This document shows positions 39,214-48,186 of a stretch of 64,000 nt of DNA, piece after piece. Positions within the stretch are counted from its first letter, which is position 1, and each line of letters opens with the position of its first letter. The DNA is taken from the NCBI GenBank assembly GCA_963816145.1, contig CAWFJP010000031.1:288001-352000 (forward strand), given 5' to 3'. The notes beneath the pieces were generated by a model. The model had not been told where the DNA came from, searched no databases, and was given only the letters and a program-made list of their open reading frames with translations. A program made the translations under genes and the position numbers. This DNA comes from an uncultured delta proteobacterium (GTDB lineage: Bacteria > Desulfobacterota > Binatia > UBA9968).

Positions 39214-40434
39214 ATGAACCACGGTGCCATCGCTGGAACGCATCGTCGAATCGCCATGCTCGGCAATCACTTGCCGCGCCAGTGCGGTATCGCTACCTTT
39301 ACGACCGACCTCAGCGGCGCGATCGCCGCGGAGGTCTCTAACGCCGATTGTATGGTGGTTGCGATGAACGACGCCGGTAAACAGTACGCGTATCCCCCGC
39401 GGGTTCGTGTAGAGGTGGCCGAGGGCGACATCGGGTCGTATAACCGGGCAGCCGATTATTTGAACGCTAACAAGATCGACGTCGTGTCCGTGCAGCACGA
39501 GTATGGCATTTTCGGCGGCAAGGCCGGTAGCTACTTACTCACGTTTCTGCGCAAGTTGCGCATGCCGATCGTGACCACCCTTCACACCGTCCTCGGCAAG
39601 CCGGATTCCATGCAGCGTCGAGCCATGAACGAGATCACCCGACTCTCGAAGCGACTCGTTGTCATGAGCGCCCATGGCGCCGTCCTGCTTCATAATGTTC
39701 ACGGCGTGCCTGAGCACAAAATCGATACCATCCCGCACGGGATTCCGAGCGTGCCTTACGGATCAAGCACTAAGAAAGAACTCGGGTTCAAAGGTAAGTC
39801 GGTGATTTTTACCTTCGGACTGCTATCGCCGGATAAAGGCATCGAGCATGTGATCGATGCCCTGCCGGCGATTCTTGTGCGGTATCCCAACACGATTTAC
39901 GTCGTCCTCGGCGCTACCCATCCACATGTCAAAGAGCGCTATGGGGAAAGCTACCGCGAAAGCCTAGAGCTTCGGGCACAAGAACTCGGGGTGGCATCGA
40001 GCGTGATCTTTCACAACCGTTTCGTGAGCCGCGGTGAGCTCGTCAAGTTTCTCGCGGCCGCCGACATCTATGTCACGCCGTACCTCAAACCGGAACAGAG
40101 CACGTCCGGGACATTGGCCTATGCGGTAGGCTCGGGCAAGGCGGTCATTTCCACGCCTTATATTTATGCCCGGGAACTCCTCGCCGATGGGCGCGGGATA
40201 CTGGTACCGTGGCGAGATTCGCAGACCATCACCCGCGCGGTGGTGGATCTCTTGGGCGACGATGTAAAACGAGCCGCCCTCTGCGCCCGTGCCGCCGCTC
40301 ACGGCCGCAGCATGGTCTGGCCCGCGGTGGCGCGTCGCTACCTGCAGAGCTTCGACCGGGCATGCAGTCGAGAACAATCGATGCCTCGGGTTGGCCTGGA
40401 ATTAGACGATCGAGATCGCCGGGTCTTAACTTAA
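39214..40434 (+). CDS. Glycosyltransferase family 4, possibly C-terminally truncated
   Basis: GNHLPRQCGIATFT, QHEYGIFGG, TFGLLSPDKGIE, SGTLAYA.GSGKAVISTPY. Confidence 0.88.
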   Translation: MNHGAIAGTHRRIAMLGNHLPRQCGIATFTTDLSGAIAAEVSNADCMVVAMNDAGKQYAYPPRVRVEVAEGDIGSYNRAADYLNANKIDVVSVQHEYGIFGGKAGSYLLTFLRKLRMPIVTTLHTVLGKPDSMQRRAMNEITRLSKRLVVMSAHGAVLLHNVHGVPEHKIDTIPHGIPSVPYGSSTKKELGFKGKSVIFTFGLLSPDKGIEHVIDALPAILVRYPNTIYVVLGATHPHVKERYGESYRESLELRAQELGVASSVIFHNRFVSRGELVKFLAAADIYVTPYLKPEQSTSGTLAYAVGSGKAVISTPYIYARELLADGRGILVPWRDSQTITRAVVDLLGDDVKRAALCARAAAHGRSMVWPAVARRYLQSFDRACSREQSMPRVGLELDDRDRRVLT

Positions 40435-40475
40435 GAAACTGGCGAGACGCAAAAACTCAATTGGAGGTTTACTCA

Positions 40476-41129
40476 ATGAACAGTCTCTCTGTATATCAAA
40501 CCGCACACATGAAATATCCGTATACCCTGCCTACGATCGAGTATGCGTATGACGCACTCGAGCCGTACATTGACGAGCCAACGATGCATTTGCACCATGA
40601 CAAGCATCATCAGGCTTATATCGATCACGCCAATGAAGCGGTCGGCAAATATCCTGAGCTGCAGAAAACCGATCTAGTGACCCTATTGGCTAACCTTAGC
40701 GATTTGCCTGCCGATATCAGGACGCCGCTGCAAAGCAATGGCGGCGGCCACCTCAACCATGCGTTATTCTGGGAATACATGACGCCACGGGGTGGCGGCG
40801 AGCCTCAGGGCAAGCTACTCCAGGCGATTATAAAGACATTTGGCGGATTCGCTCATTTTAAAGAAGAATTTGATGCCGCTGCTAGAAATCGCTTGGGCAG
40901 CGGATGGGCTTGGCTTACCGTGACGCCTACGGGGGACTTGGAGACTAGTTCAACGCCAAACCAAGATACTCCGTTATCAAACGGTCAACTGCCGATTTTA
41001 GCTCTCGATGTCTGGGAACACGCGTATTATCTCAAGTATCACAACCGGCGGCCCGAATACATTACGAACTGGTGGCACGTGGTGAACTGGAAAAAGGTCC
41101 AGGAACAGTTCGACAAAATTACCGGTTAG
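40476..41129 (+). CDS. sodA: Superoxide dismutase, Mn-type signature
   Basis: HHDKHH, NGGGHLNH, GSGWAWL, PNQD, DVWEHAYY; GGAGG RBS. Confidence 0.92.
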   Translation: MNSLSVYQTAHMKYPYTLPTIEYAYDALEPYIDEPTMHLHHDKHHQAYIDHANEAVGKYPELQKTDLVTLLANLSDLPADIRTPLQSNGGGHLNHALFWEYMTPRGGGEPQGKLLQAIIKTFGGFAHFKEEFDAAARNRLGSGWAWLTVTPTGDLETSSTPNQDTPLSNGQLPILALDVWEHAYYLKYHNRRPEYITNWWHVVNWKKVQEQFDKITG

Positions 41130-41600
41130 CCGGGCCGCAAAACACCCGACGCTTAACTGCGGTTTTAGAGTGAAAGGAACATCGACGTCAATACCAGCCG
41201 CAGCGATAATCAGATCGAAACTTCATTGGGAGGCCTTAGATAGCTGCCGTCAGCGAATGCACCTTTGAATATGCCGCCGATACCAGGAAAGCCTATGGTC
41301 TCGCCCATCTGGTTTTGGTTGAGTTGCTGAAAAAGGTTAGTTTCGGAAGCAAAAGCCGCGAACGGTACGTTCCCGGAACCCTGCTGCAGCATTGAGTAGG
41401 TGTCACTGCGCAATAATGCCCGATAGGGATAATCTAATATAAGTCCTTCTTTTCGCAGATTGATGACTTAACGAACGATTACAACGTCTAAGAGGGTGTG
41501 GCCCAGCAAAAGTAACGGCACCGAGGATAGCGACTCGTGGCAGTGTTCACGATCGCGCATTATCTCAAACTTACGCACCCGAGTCTGCAGGAGGAGAACC

Positions 41601-42647
41601 ATGAAAAGTAATATCGTAAATCGGATGGTGATGGCACTTGTCATCAGCACTCTGGCGATGCCGGGGATCGGCCTTGCGGCCGAAGGGCAGCAAAACGTGC
41701 AGGAAGAGCAAAAACGCGCAAAGGATGAAAAGCAGCAACAGCGAAAGGAAAATCAGCAGCAGGATCAGGTTCAAAGAAAAGCTGAACAAGATCAGAAGCA
41801 ACAGCAACAACGCGCTCAGCAACAGGAAAAGCAGCAAGCGCAAAAGCAGCAAGCGCAAAAGCAGCAGCAAGTCCAGCAGCAGCGCGAGCGCGCGCAGCAA
41901 CAATCAGAACAAGACCAGAAAGAAATACGCGCGTGGCAGGAGCAGCAGCGCGAGCGGATTGAGCGCCAGTCGGAACAAATCGAGCAGCAGCGCGCGCAGC
42001 AACAGAAGCAATACCAAATTCAGGAACAGAGACAACAACAGCGTCTGTCCCAGCAGCAGCAACAACAGCGGATCAAAGAGCAGCAACAAAGTGTCGCGCA
42101 GTACCGCCAACATCTGGAACAGGAGGAGCGTCTCGCACGAGAGCATGCAGCGCAACTACAGCAACAAAGGCGCATGGCCCAGTATCGCTTTCAAGAAGAG
42201 TATCTAGAGCGCCTACGGCAGCAGAATAACTACCTGCGGGACCATCGGTTCGACTACGATAATGACCCGTATTTCTACACCCCGCCGATCTATCGTTACA
42301 ATCGTGGCGGCAAGTACTATCAAATCAACGAATATGGTGCGAAGTGGTTACGCCAGGCGGTCAGATATGGTTATGAAGAAGGTTTCCGCGCCGGCAAGGC
42401 AGACCGCGAAGACCGTTGGCGTGGCGGCAGTTACAAAGACTCATATGCTTATAGGGACGCAAACTATGGTTATAACGGCTATTACGTAAACCGGAGCGAT
42501 TACAACTACTACTTCCGTGAGGGTTTCCGACGCGGTTATGAGGATGGTTACAATAGCCGCTATCAATATGGCCGCTTTGATAACGGAAACTATTCGATCT
42601 TGGATAACATTTTGTCACAAATCCTCGGTTTCCAGAATCTTCGCTAA
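41601..42647 (+). CDS. Secreted Gln-rich coiled-coil protein with Tyr/Gly/Arg/Asn-rich C-terminus
   Basis: AGGAGGAG RBS, signal peptide (GLA-AE), long Q/E/R/K tract, repeated GY..GF..G motifs. Confidence 0.82.
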   Translation: MKSNIVNRMVMALVISTLAMPGIGLAAEGQQNVQEEQKRAKDEKQQQRKENQQQDQVQRKAEQDQKQQQQRAQQQEKQQAQKQQAQKQQQVQQQRERAQQQSEQDQKEIRAWQEQQRERIERQSEQIEQQRAQQQKQYQIQEQRQQQRLSQQQQQQRIKEQQQSVAQYRQHLEQEERLAREHAAQLQQQRRMAQYRFQEEYLERLRQQNNYLRDHRFDYDNDPYFYTPPIYRYNRGGKYYQINEYGAKWLRQAVRYGYEEGFRAGKADREDRWRGGSYKDSYAYRDANYGYNGYYVNRSDYNYYFREGFRRGYEDGYNSRYQYGRFDNGNYSILDNILSQILGFQNLR

Positions 42648-42658
42648 CCAATGGTCAT

Positions 42659-42692
42659 CTATGCCTCGGGGTTGCGCAACCCCGAGGCATAG
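42659..42692. repeat. Perfect 34-bp palindrome CTATGCCTCGGGGTTGCGCAACCCCGAGGCATAG (terminator-like)
   Basis: Self-complementary along its whole length; 11 bp after the stop of the Gln-rich gene; no U-tract. Confidence 0.7.
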
Positions 42693-42709
42693 CTCGCCAA
42701 CCCAGAGCG

Positions 42710-43023
42710 GCGCGCATTTTGGACTGCTGTCAATGAACGCGATGGAATCGCCAGCGACCTGTGCTGCTTTCGATACTCGGCGATGGTTATGGATGGCGTC
42801 TGGGCAACCGTGGGAAGCACGAACCTTTATTACCGTTCCCTCGCCATCAATGAAGAAACTCAATCTTGCCGTCAACGACGCAGGTGTCGCTGCGCAACTC
42901 GAGAAAACTTTTCAGGAAGATCTGCAGCATGCTAAAAAGTTGACTTACGAAGCTTGGGAGTCGTGTCCCTTGAACGGTAAGATCCCGGAATTGTTTTCCA
43001 TCCCGATCAAAGAGCAGTTGTAG
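42710..43023 (+). pseudogene. C-terminal remnant of cardiolipin synthase (PLD family)
   Basis: MVMDGVWATVGSTNLYYRSLAINEE, then a frameshift near 42857 into LNLAVND...FQEDL...KEQL; HKD motif degenerate. Confidence 0.75.
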
Positions 43024-43236
43024 GCAGCGCCGCCTTTATCGTACGGCATTCTTCTCGGTAGCGCTGCTTTTGCTCAACTCAGGCTTGCGCAGGATCGTTG
43101 GTTACAGCGCATCCAGCACCGGCTTCGGACGTCGGCTCGACCGCGACCGCCGGCGTTTTCCGACTCGCTGCTGCAACCGGCCTGGCGCAACATGTGGACT
43201 GCGCCTGGACTCATGCCTCACATAACTCGCTGTGAC

Positions 43237-43361
43237 TCGACCTTCTGGTCGATCGTTTCGACTCTTTCACCGACCTCGACCTCATTCCGCTTCTGGCCCT
43301 ATCGATAATCCCTAACGAAATCGAGTTCCTCCAGCTTTCCGAAGCGTGGCACGTAAGTTGC
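43237..43361 (+). promoter_or_regulatory. Tandem enhancer (43237-43273) plus consensus sigma54 promoter TGGCAC-GTAAG-TTGC (module G)
   Basis: TCGAC-CTTCTG-GTCGA-TCGTT-TCGAC-TCTTTC-ACCGA, 73-bp gap. Confidence 0.85.
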
Positions 43362-43407
43362 CCTATATCGTTATTGAGAAAAGCGAATGGAAAGAAGGTA
43401 ACTGACT

Positions 43408-43557
43408 ATGAGCCTGATTCTGTTGATCGTATTAGTTGTGTTGTTGGTGGGTGGTCTGCCTAACTGGGGTTATCACTCGTTTGGTTTTGCGCCGTCGGGC
43501 CTAGCCGGCGTGGTGCTGCTGGTGCTGATTGTGATGCTCTTGACGGGCCGGCTCTAA
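43408..43557 (+). CDS. DUF3309-family membrane microprotein (49 aa, not in ORF track)
   Basis: MSLILLIVLVVLLVGGLPNWGYHSFGFAPSGLAGVVLLVLIVMLLTGRL. Confidence 0.88.
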   Translation: MSLILLIVLVVLLVGGLPNWGYHSFGFAPSGLAGVVLLVLIVMLLTGRL

Positions 43558-43629
43558 ACGCCTTGCTACCAAGTGCTCAAGAGCAGCCGAGATTGGGCTC
43601 AGAGCCGGAATGATTGAGAAAAGCGACCG

Positions 43630-44310
43630 ATGATTCAGCAGACCCCGGAAGCGGAACGATTCAAAGAACAAATGCGCGAGTCGCTGCAGCACGAGACCAT
43701 GAACTCTCGCGCGGTGACGATCCCGCGGCACTCAAATATTTACACGTGCGGCGACCAGGACGAGATGGTTTATTTTATTGAGAGCGGCCAGGTCAAACTA
43801 CTCATGCTCTCGCCCGAAGGCAAAGAGTGTCTCTTGGCCATCCACAGCAGAGGCGATATTTTTGGTGAGTTATGTTTGTCCGGGTTAGGCGAGCGCCACG
43901 AAACTGCGGTGGCAATGAAAGAAACGAAAATAAAGCAAATCGCCTGCGATCAATTTTTTGCGCGTTTAAACCGCGACTCGCTGTCAGAGGGGTTCGTGCG
44001 CTACCTTGCCGTGCGTATAGCCGACCAGCAGCAGGTCATTGCCAACCTTGTGACCGTGGACAGCGAGCAGCGGCTGGGCCAGACGTTGTTGCAGTTGGCG
44101 CGCACCATGGGCAAGAAGGATCCGCGCAGCATCCGCATCGAGCTCAAGATTTCCCATGAAGAATTGTCTGAAATGGTCGGCACGACGCGGCCGAGGATCA
44201 GTTTGTTTATGCAGAGATTTCGCAATCTTGGGCTGATCGAAACGAATGCAGACCATTTTCTCGTCATCAAGGAACACAAACTCACCGATTACTTGGCGCA
44301 GATCGCCTAG
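43630..44310 (+). CDS. CRP/FNR-family transcriptional regulator (paralog 2)
   Basis: Same architecture as the 6751 gene, about 82% identical by hand count, identical HTH core. Confidence 0.93.
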   Translation: MIQQTPEAERFKEQMRESLQHETMNSRAVTIPRHSNIYTCGDQDEMVYFIESGQVKLLMLSPEGKECLLAIHSRGDIFGELCLSGLGERHETAVAMKETKIKQIACDQFFARLNRDSLSEGFVRYLAVRIADQQQVIANLVTVDSEQRLGQTLLQLARTMGKKDPRSIRIELKISHEELSEMVGTTRPRISLFMQRFRNLGLIETNADHFLVIKEHKLTDYLAQIA

Positions 44311-44646
44311 ATCGGGTGACCTTGCAGCGCCAGGAGTGGCGATTCGGTCAAGGCCGCTAGTGAAGTCGATAGACATAATTATTGGCGTGAACGACGGAAG
44401 ATTCTGGGTAGATACGAGCCCCTCAGCCGCGCCGATCGAGTCAGGAAACGACCCATGCAATGCTTTGGATAGTTTTTGTGCTATTGTTAGGAATAGCACT
44501 GGTCGGCATACTTGCGACCTGCACGTTAATCGGTGGGGTGGTGCAAATCAAATTGATTTGTGCGCACGCCACTTTCGGCATCCATCGCATATGGCGCATG
44601 AGAGCCGGTTGACCGTTTAGACGCGGGTGAGAGGAGTGAGGATTTT

Positions 44647-44874
44647 GTGGAAGCTAAACCGCTAATACAGGTCGGGATCGCCTTCATCTTTCTCGGCATC
44701 GTCGCTTTCACTTATCGTGGCGGCGACACTCGCCGTGAACAGACCGTGCAAATCTGGCCGGTTCAAGCCGGTGTCGACGCGATGAAAACTCTTTCGCGTT
44801 CGCCGCTCATGATTGGCTTGGTGCTTGCCGGCGGGGTTGGGCTGGTTACTCTCGGGGTCAGAAAATCTTCTTAA
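44647..44874 (+). CDS. DUF3185-like small membrane protein (paralog 3 of 3)
   Basis: KPLIQVGIAFIFLGIVAFTY...SPLMIGLVLAGG...RKSS; GAGGA RBS. Confidence 0.7.
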   Translation: MEAKPLIQVGIAFIFLGIVAFTYRGGDTRREQTVQIWPVQAGVDAMKTLSRSPLMIGLVLAGGVGLVTLGVRKSS

Positions 44875-44953
44875 GCGCCGCGTAGCGGCGAGCTCGATCG
44901 AACCGCGGCGCTATAACACTGGCGGCTGCGAAAGCAACATGACTTATCGACTC

Positions 44954-45631
44954 TCACTGTTCGTGCCAAGCTAGGCGCAGTTGTTGCATTGCCGCGGGAT
45001 GGCGGCGGATCAAGAACGCAAACATGGCGATGGCCGCGAACAGATTGCCGCAGGCGACCGCCACGGTGCCGATGGTGCCGATGAGGTTGGGAAAGATCGC
45101 TGCCGCGGCGGAAAATAGAATCGATTCGAACAAAAGAAACAACAGCAATATCACGATGCCGAACTGCGGGTTGTGCTCGAACATGGCAAACATGCGGGCG
45201 ATAACGAATCCGGCGATGAGAAATAGCACCCCGTGCAAGCCGGTATAGGCGAAGATAATATAGGGATTGATCGATATTATCCGATCGGGGCTCTGGCCGA
45301 GAAAGATCACGCTGCCGAGAAGCGAAGGGGTGAAGAAAATTTGGCCGCGCGCGGTGTCGAGGATCAAGAACCAGATGGCGACGACGGCGGCGCCGGTCAT
45401 GCCGGTGAGAATGCCGTCTTCAAAAAGACTTGGCTGGGCGCTGCTGATTCTCGCTGGGCGAAGACGCTTGGGCAGCGGATGACGTGGCACTTTCCATGAA
45501 CCCTCCGTAGGCACCGAGTTTTGGCCGGTGCGGTTTTGCTGTGGCGCCGGTGCGCTAGCGCCGCTTTCAAGCACCGCTTCGACATCTAACAAGCGCTCGC
45601 AGGCGGCTCGATCCGCGAACACTCGGTACAC
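44954..45631 (-). CDS. Multi-pass membrane hypothetical protein
   Basis: Four to five hydrophobic segments after a polar N-terminus; start uncertain. Confidence 0.68.
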   Translation of the reverse strand: MYRVFADRAACERLLDVEAVLESGASAPAPQQNRTGQNSVPTEGSWKVPRHPLPKRLRPARISSAQPSLFEDGILTGMTGAAVVAIWFLILDTARGQIFFTPSLLGSVIFLGQSPDRIISINPYIIFAYTGLHGVLFLIAGFVIARMFAMFEHNPQFGIVILLLFLLFESILFSAAAAIFPNLIGTIGTVAVACGNLFAAIAMFAFLIRRHPAAMQQLRLAWHEQ

Positions 45632-45741
45632 TCTCAGCGGAGAGATAACTCAGTGCGGGCGACAGTGTCAACCTAATCTGGGCTGGCTTAATCCATCATT
45701 GCCGCCCGTCTCAAGCGGGAATCCAGGTAGCTCGCGCATCG

Positions 45742-46245
45742 TTACCGGCGAGCGGCCGACGACGCGCGCGTCACGCACCAAGAAAGCATCTCCATCTGCG
45801 GCATGGTTTCCACCATTGATCCCGCACGTGACACGAGGCTTTCTGCTTCAGTGATGGGTTTGCCCATGGCGAGCAGCACGGAGACGGCCAGCAGCGCGGT
45901 GCGGCCAACGCCGCCCGCGCAGTGAACCAGGACGGCTTCACCGGATTGCAAGCGGTTGGCGACGTCGTTGGCCAAAGCCCAGAAGGCATCCTTGTTCTCC
46001 GGAACGCCGCCTTCGCGGATTTCAAACGGCACCACAGAACAAGGGACGGACCCTGTATCCAGGGCCTCGGCGTACTTCAGAGATTTTTGCCGGATCTCGA
46101 AATCTTCGGTTAAACAGACGATGGCGTCCACTGCTTCGGTTTTCACCTGATGCCACACTTTGTCGATTGTTTCAAAGCGACCGGGCATGCTGTGCAGCAG
46201 CAACCGGCCAGGAACCGAGTCGGGCAGTTCGACATTACGAAACAT
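45742..46245 (-). CDS. Cys-based protein-tyrosine/dual-specificity phosphatase
   Basis: VHCAGGVGRT P-loop; MPGR N-terminal motif. Confidence 0.88.
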   Translation of the reverse strand: MFRNVELPDSVPGRLLLHSMPGRFETIDKVWHQVKTEAVDAIVCLTEDFEIRQKSLKYAEALDTGSVPCSVVPFEIREGGVPENKDAFWALANDVANRLQSGEAVLVHCAGGVGRTALLAVSVLLAMGKPITEAESLVSRAGSMVETMPQMEMLSWCVTRASSAARR

Positions 46246-46521
46246 TTTGCTTTCTCCAGTTAGAGATTCGCTTCACCATCCAGTTTAGAAATATGCAATC
46301 GACACCGAATACACAAGCCAGACTCCGACCCCCAAAAGCATGGACCGAACCACGTGATATGCGCAGCAATTCTTTATAGCGCGGCAATTGTCGGAAGCAC
46401 GACTGAATAGGCAAACCAATCAGGCAGCCGAAGGGCTCTGTCCCGCGTAGCAATTCGACTTTCGCAAGTTTATATTGTCAGAGCGCTGAAACGACAGTCA
46501 AAATAAAGGGGTAGACAAGAG

Positions 46522-48174
46522 ATGGCGATTCATCCACTGGCCGGCAAGCCGGCGCCGGCTGAGATTCTCATTGATGTTGCCGCGCTTGAGAAGGCGTATT
46601 ACGAGCGCAATCCGAATGTCGACGACCCGGCCGAGCTGGTCAGCTTCGGCACCAGCGGTCATCGCGGTAGTCCGTTCAGCGCAAGTTTGAACGAGGCGCA
46701 TATCCTGGCGATCACCCAGGCGATTTGTGAATACCGGGCGAGCAAGCAAATCACCGGGCCGTTGTATATGGGCAAAGACACCCACGCGGCCTCCGGCCCG
46801 GCCCAGCGCACGGCGCTCGAAGTACTGGCCGGAAATTCCGTCGAGACAATCATCCAGCGCAAAGACGGCTTTACGCCGACTCCGGCGATCTCGCGAGCGA
46901 TCCTGGCGCATAACCGCGGCAAGAAAGACAGGGTCGCCGACGGCATCGTGGTGACGCCGTCGCATAACCCGCCGGCCGATGGCGGCTTCAAGTACAATCC
47001 GCCGGACGGCGGGCCGGCTGATACCGATGTCACCGATTGGATTCAAGCACGGGCAAATCTTTTACTGCGCGACGGCAATCGCGGGGTGAAACGAATTAGC
47101 TACGACTCGGCGTTAAAAGCTGCGACGACGCATCAAGAAGATTTGCTCAGCCCCTATGTCGACGATCTGCCGGCAGTCATCGACATGGAAGCGATTCGCG
47201 CGCAACAGGTGAAGATCGGTGTCGATCCGCTCGGCGGCGCGGCGCTGGGCTACTGGCAAAAAATCGCCGAGCGCTACCGGCTCGATCTCACGGTGGTGAA
47301 CGCGCAAGTCGATCCGACGTTTGCTTTCATGACATTGGATCACGACGGCAAGATTCGCATGGATTGTTCGAGCCCGTACGCGATGGCGAGCCTCGTGCAG
47401 TTGAAAGACCGATTTCAGGTCGCGTTCGGTAACGACGCCGACGCGGACCGTCACGGCATCGTCACGCCGGCTCTCGGGCTGATGAATCCCAATCACTACC
47501 TGGCGGTAGCGATTCACTATCTTCTGTCGCACCGGCCCGCGTGGAATAGGTCCGCTGCGGTCGGCAAGACTTTGGTCAGCAGTTGTCTGATCGACCGCGT
47601 CGTCGAGAGTCTCGACCGCAAACTGTTCGAAGTGCCGGTGGGCTTCAAGTGGTTTTCGCCGGGATTATACGACGGCTCGGTGTGTTTCGGCGGCGAAGAG
47701 AGCGCCGGCGCGAGTTTTCTGTGTCAAGACGGCACCGTCTGGACCACCGACAAAGACGGCATCATTCTCTGTTTGCTCGCCGCCGAAATGATTGCGACCA
47801 CGGGACGCGACGCGGCGAGTTGGTACGACGAATTGACCCGCGCCATGGGCAAGCCTTATTACACGCGCGTCGATCTAGCGGCGACCGCGGCGCAGAAGAA
47901 TGCTTTGAAAGCGTTAAAGCCGGATGCGCTCACGGCCAACGAACTCGCCGGCGAGCCGATCTTGGCGAAGCTCACCCATGCACCGGGCAACGGCGCGGCC
48001 ATCGGCGGTCTCAAAGTCGCAGCCAAAAGCGGCTGGTTTGCCGTGCGTCCTTCGGGCACCGAGGATTTGTGTAAGATCTACGCCGAGAGTTTGCGCTCGG
48101 AGGAACATTTATTGGCGATCAAAGACCAGGCGGCGGCGATTATGCAGGATGTTTTCGCCGCGGCAAATGCGTAA
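46522..48174 (+). CDS. pgm: Phosphoglucomutase (alpha-D-glucose phosphate-specific)
   Basis: [37 protein letters not shown]. Confidence 0.96.
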   Translation: MAIHPLAGKPAPAEILIDVAALEKAYYERNPNVDDPAELVSFGTSGHRGSPFSASLNEAHILAITQAICEYRASKQITGPLYMGKDTHAASGPAQRTALEVLAGNSVETIIQRKDGFTPTPAISRAILAHNRGKKDRVADGIVVTPSHNPPADGGFKYNPPDGGPADTDVTDWIQARANLLLRDGNRGVKRISYDSALKAATTHQEDLLSPYVDDLPAVIDMEAIRAQQVKIGVDPLGGAALGYWQKIAERYRLDLTVVNAQVDPTFAFMTLDHDGKIRMDCSSPYAMASLVQLKDRFQVAFGNDADADRHGIVTPALGLMNPNHYLAVAIHYLLSHRPAWNRSAAVGKTLVSSCLIDRVVESLDRKLFEVPVGFKWFSPGLYDGSVCFGGEESAGASFLCQDGTVWTTDKDGIILCLLAAEMIATTGRDAASWYDELTRAMGKPYYTRVDLAATAAQKNALKALKPDALTANELAGEPILAKLTHAPGNGAAIGGLKVAAKSGWFAVRPSGTEDLCKIYAESLRSEEHLLAIKDQAAAIMQDVFAAANA

Positions 48175-48186
48175 CCCGAGCCGATT

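Noticed and set aside
41210-41460. Minus-strand coding-like fragment after sodA
   Set aside because: No start signal or recognisable family; possibly another remnant but not assignable.
41700-42230. CAG-rich tract as a tandem DNA repeat or contingency locus
   Set aside because: Mixed CAG/CAA codons without a fixed period; explained by the Gln-rich protein.
15543-43273. Recurring ~37-bp TCGAC elements as CRISPR repeats or attC/att sites
   Set aside because: They are dispersed, degenerate and not separated by spacer-length units. No cas or integrase gene is present, and the fixed link to -24/-12 elements explains them better.
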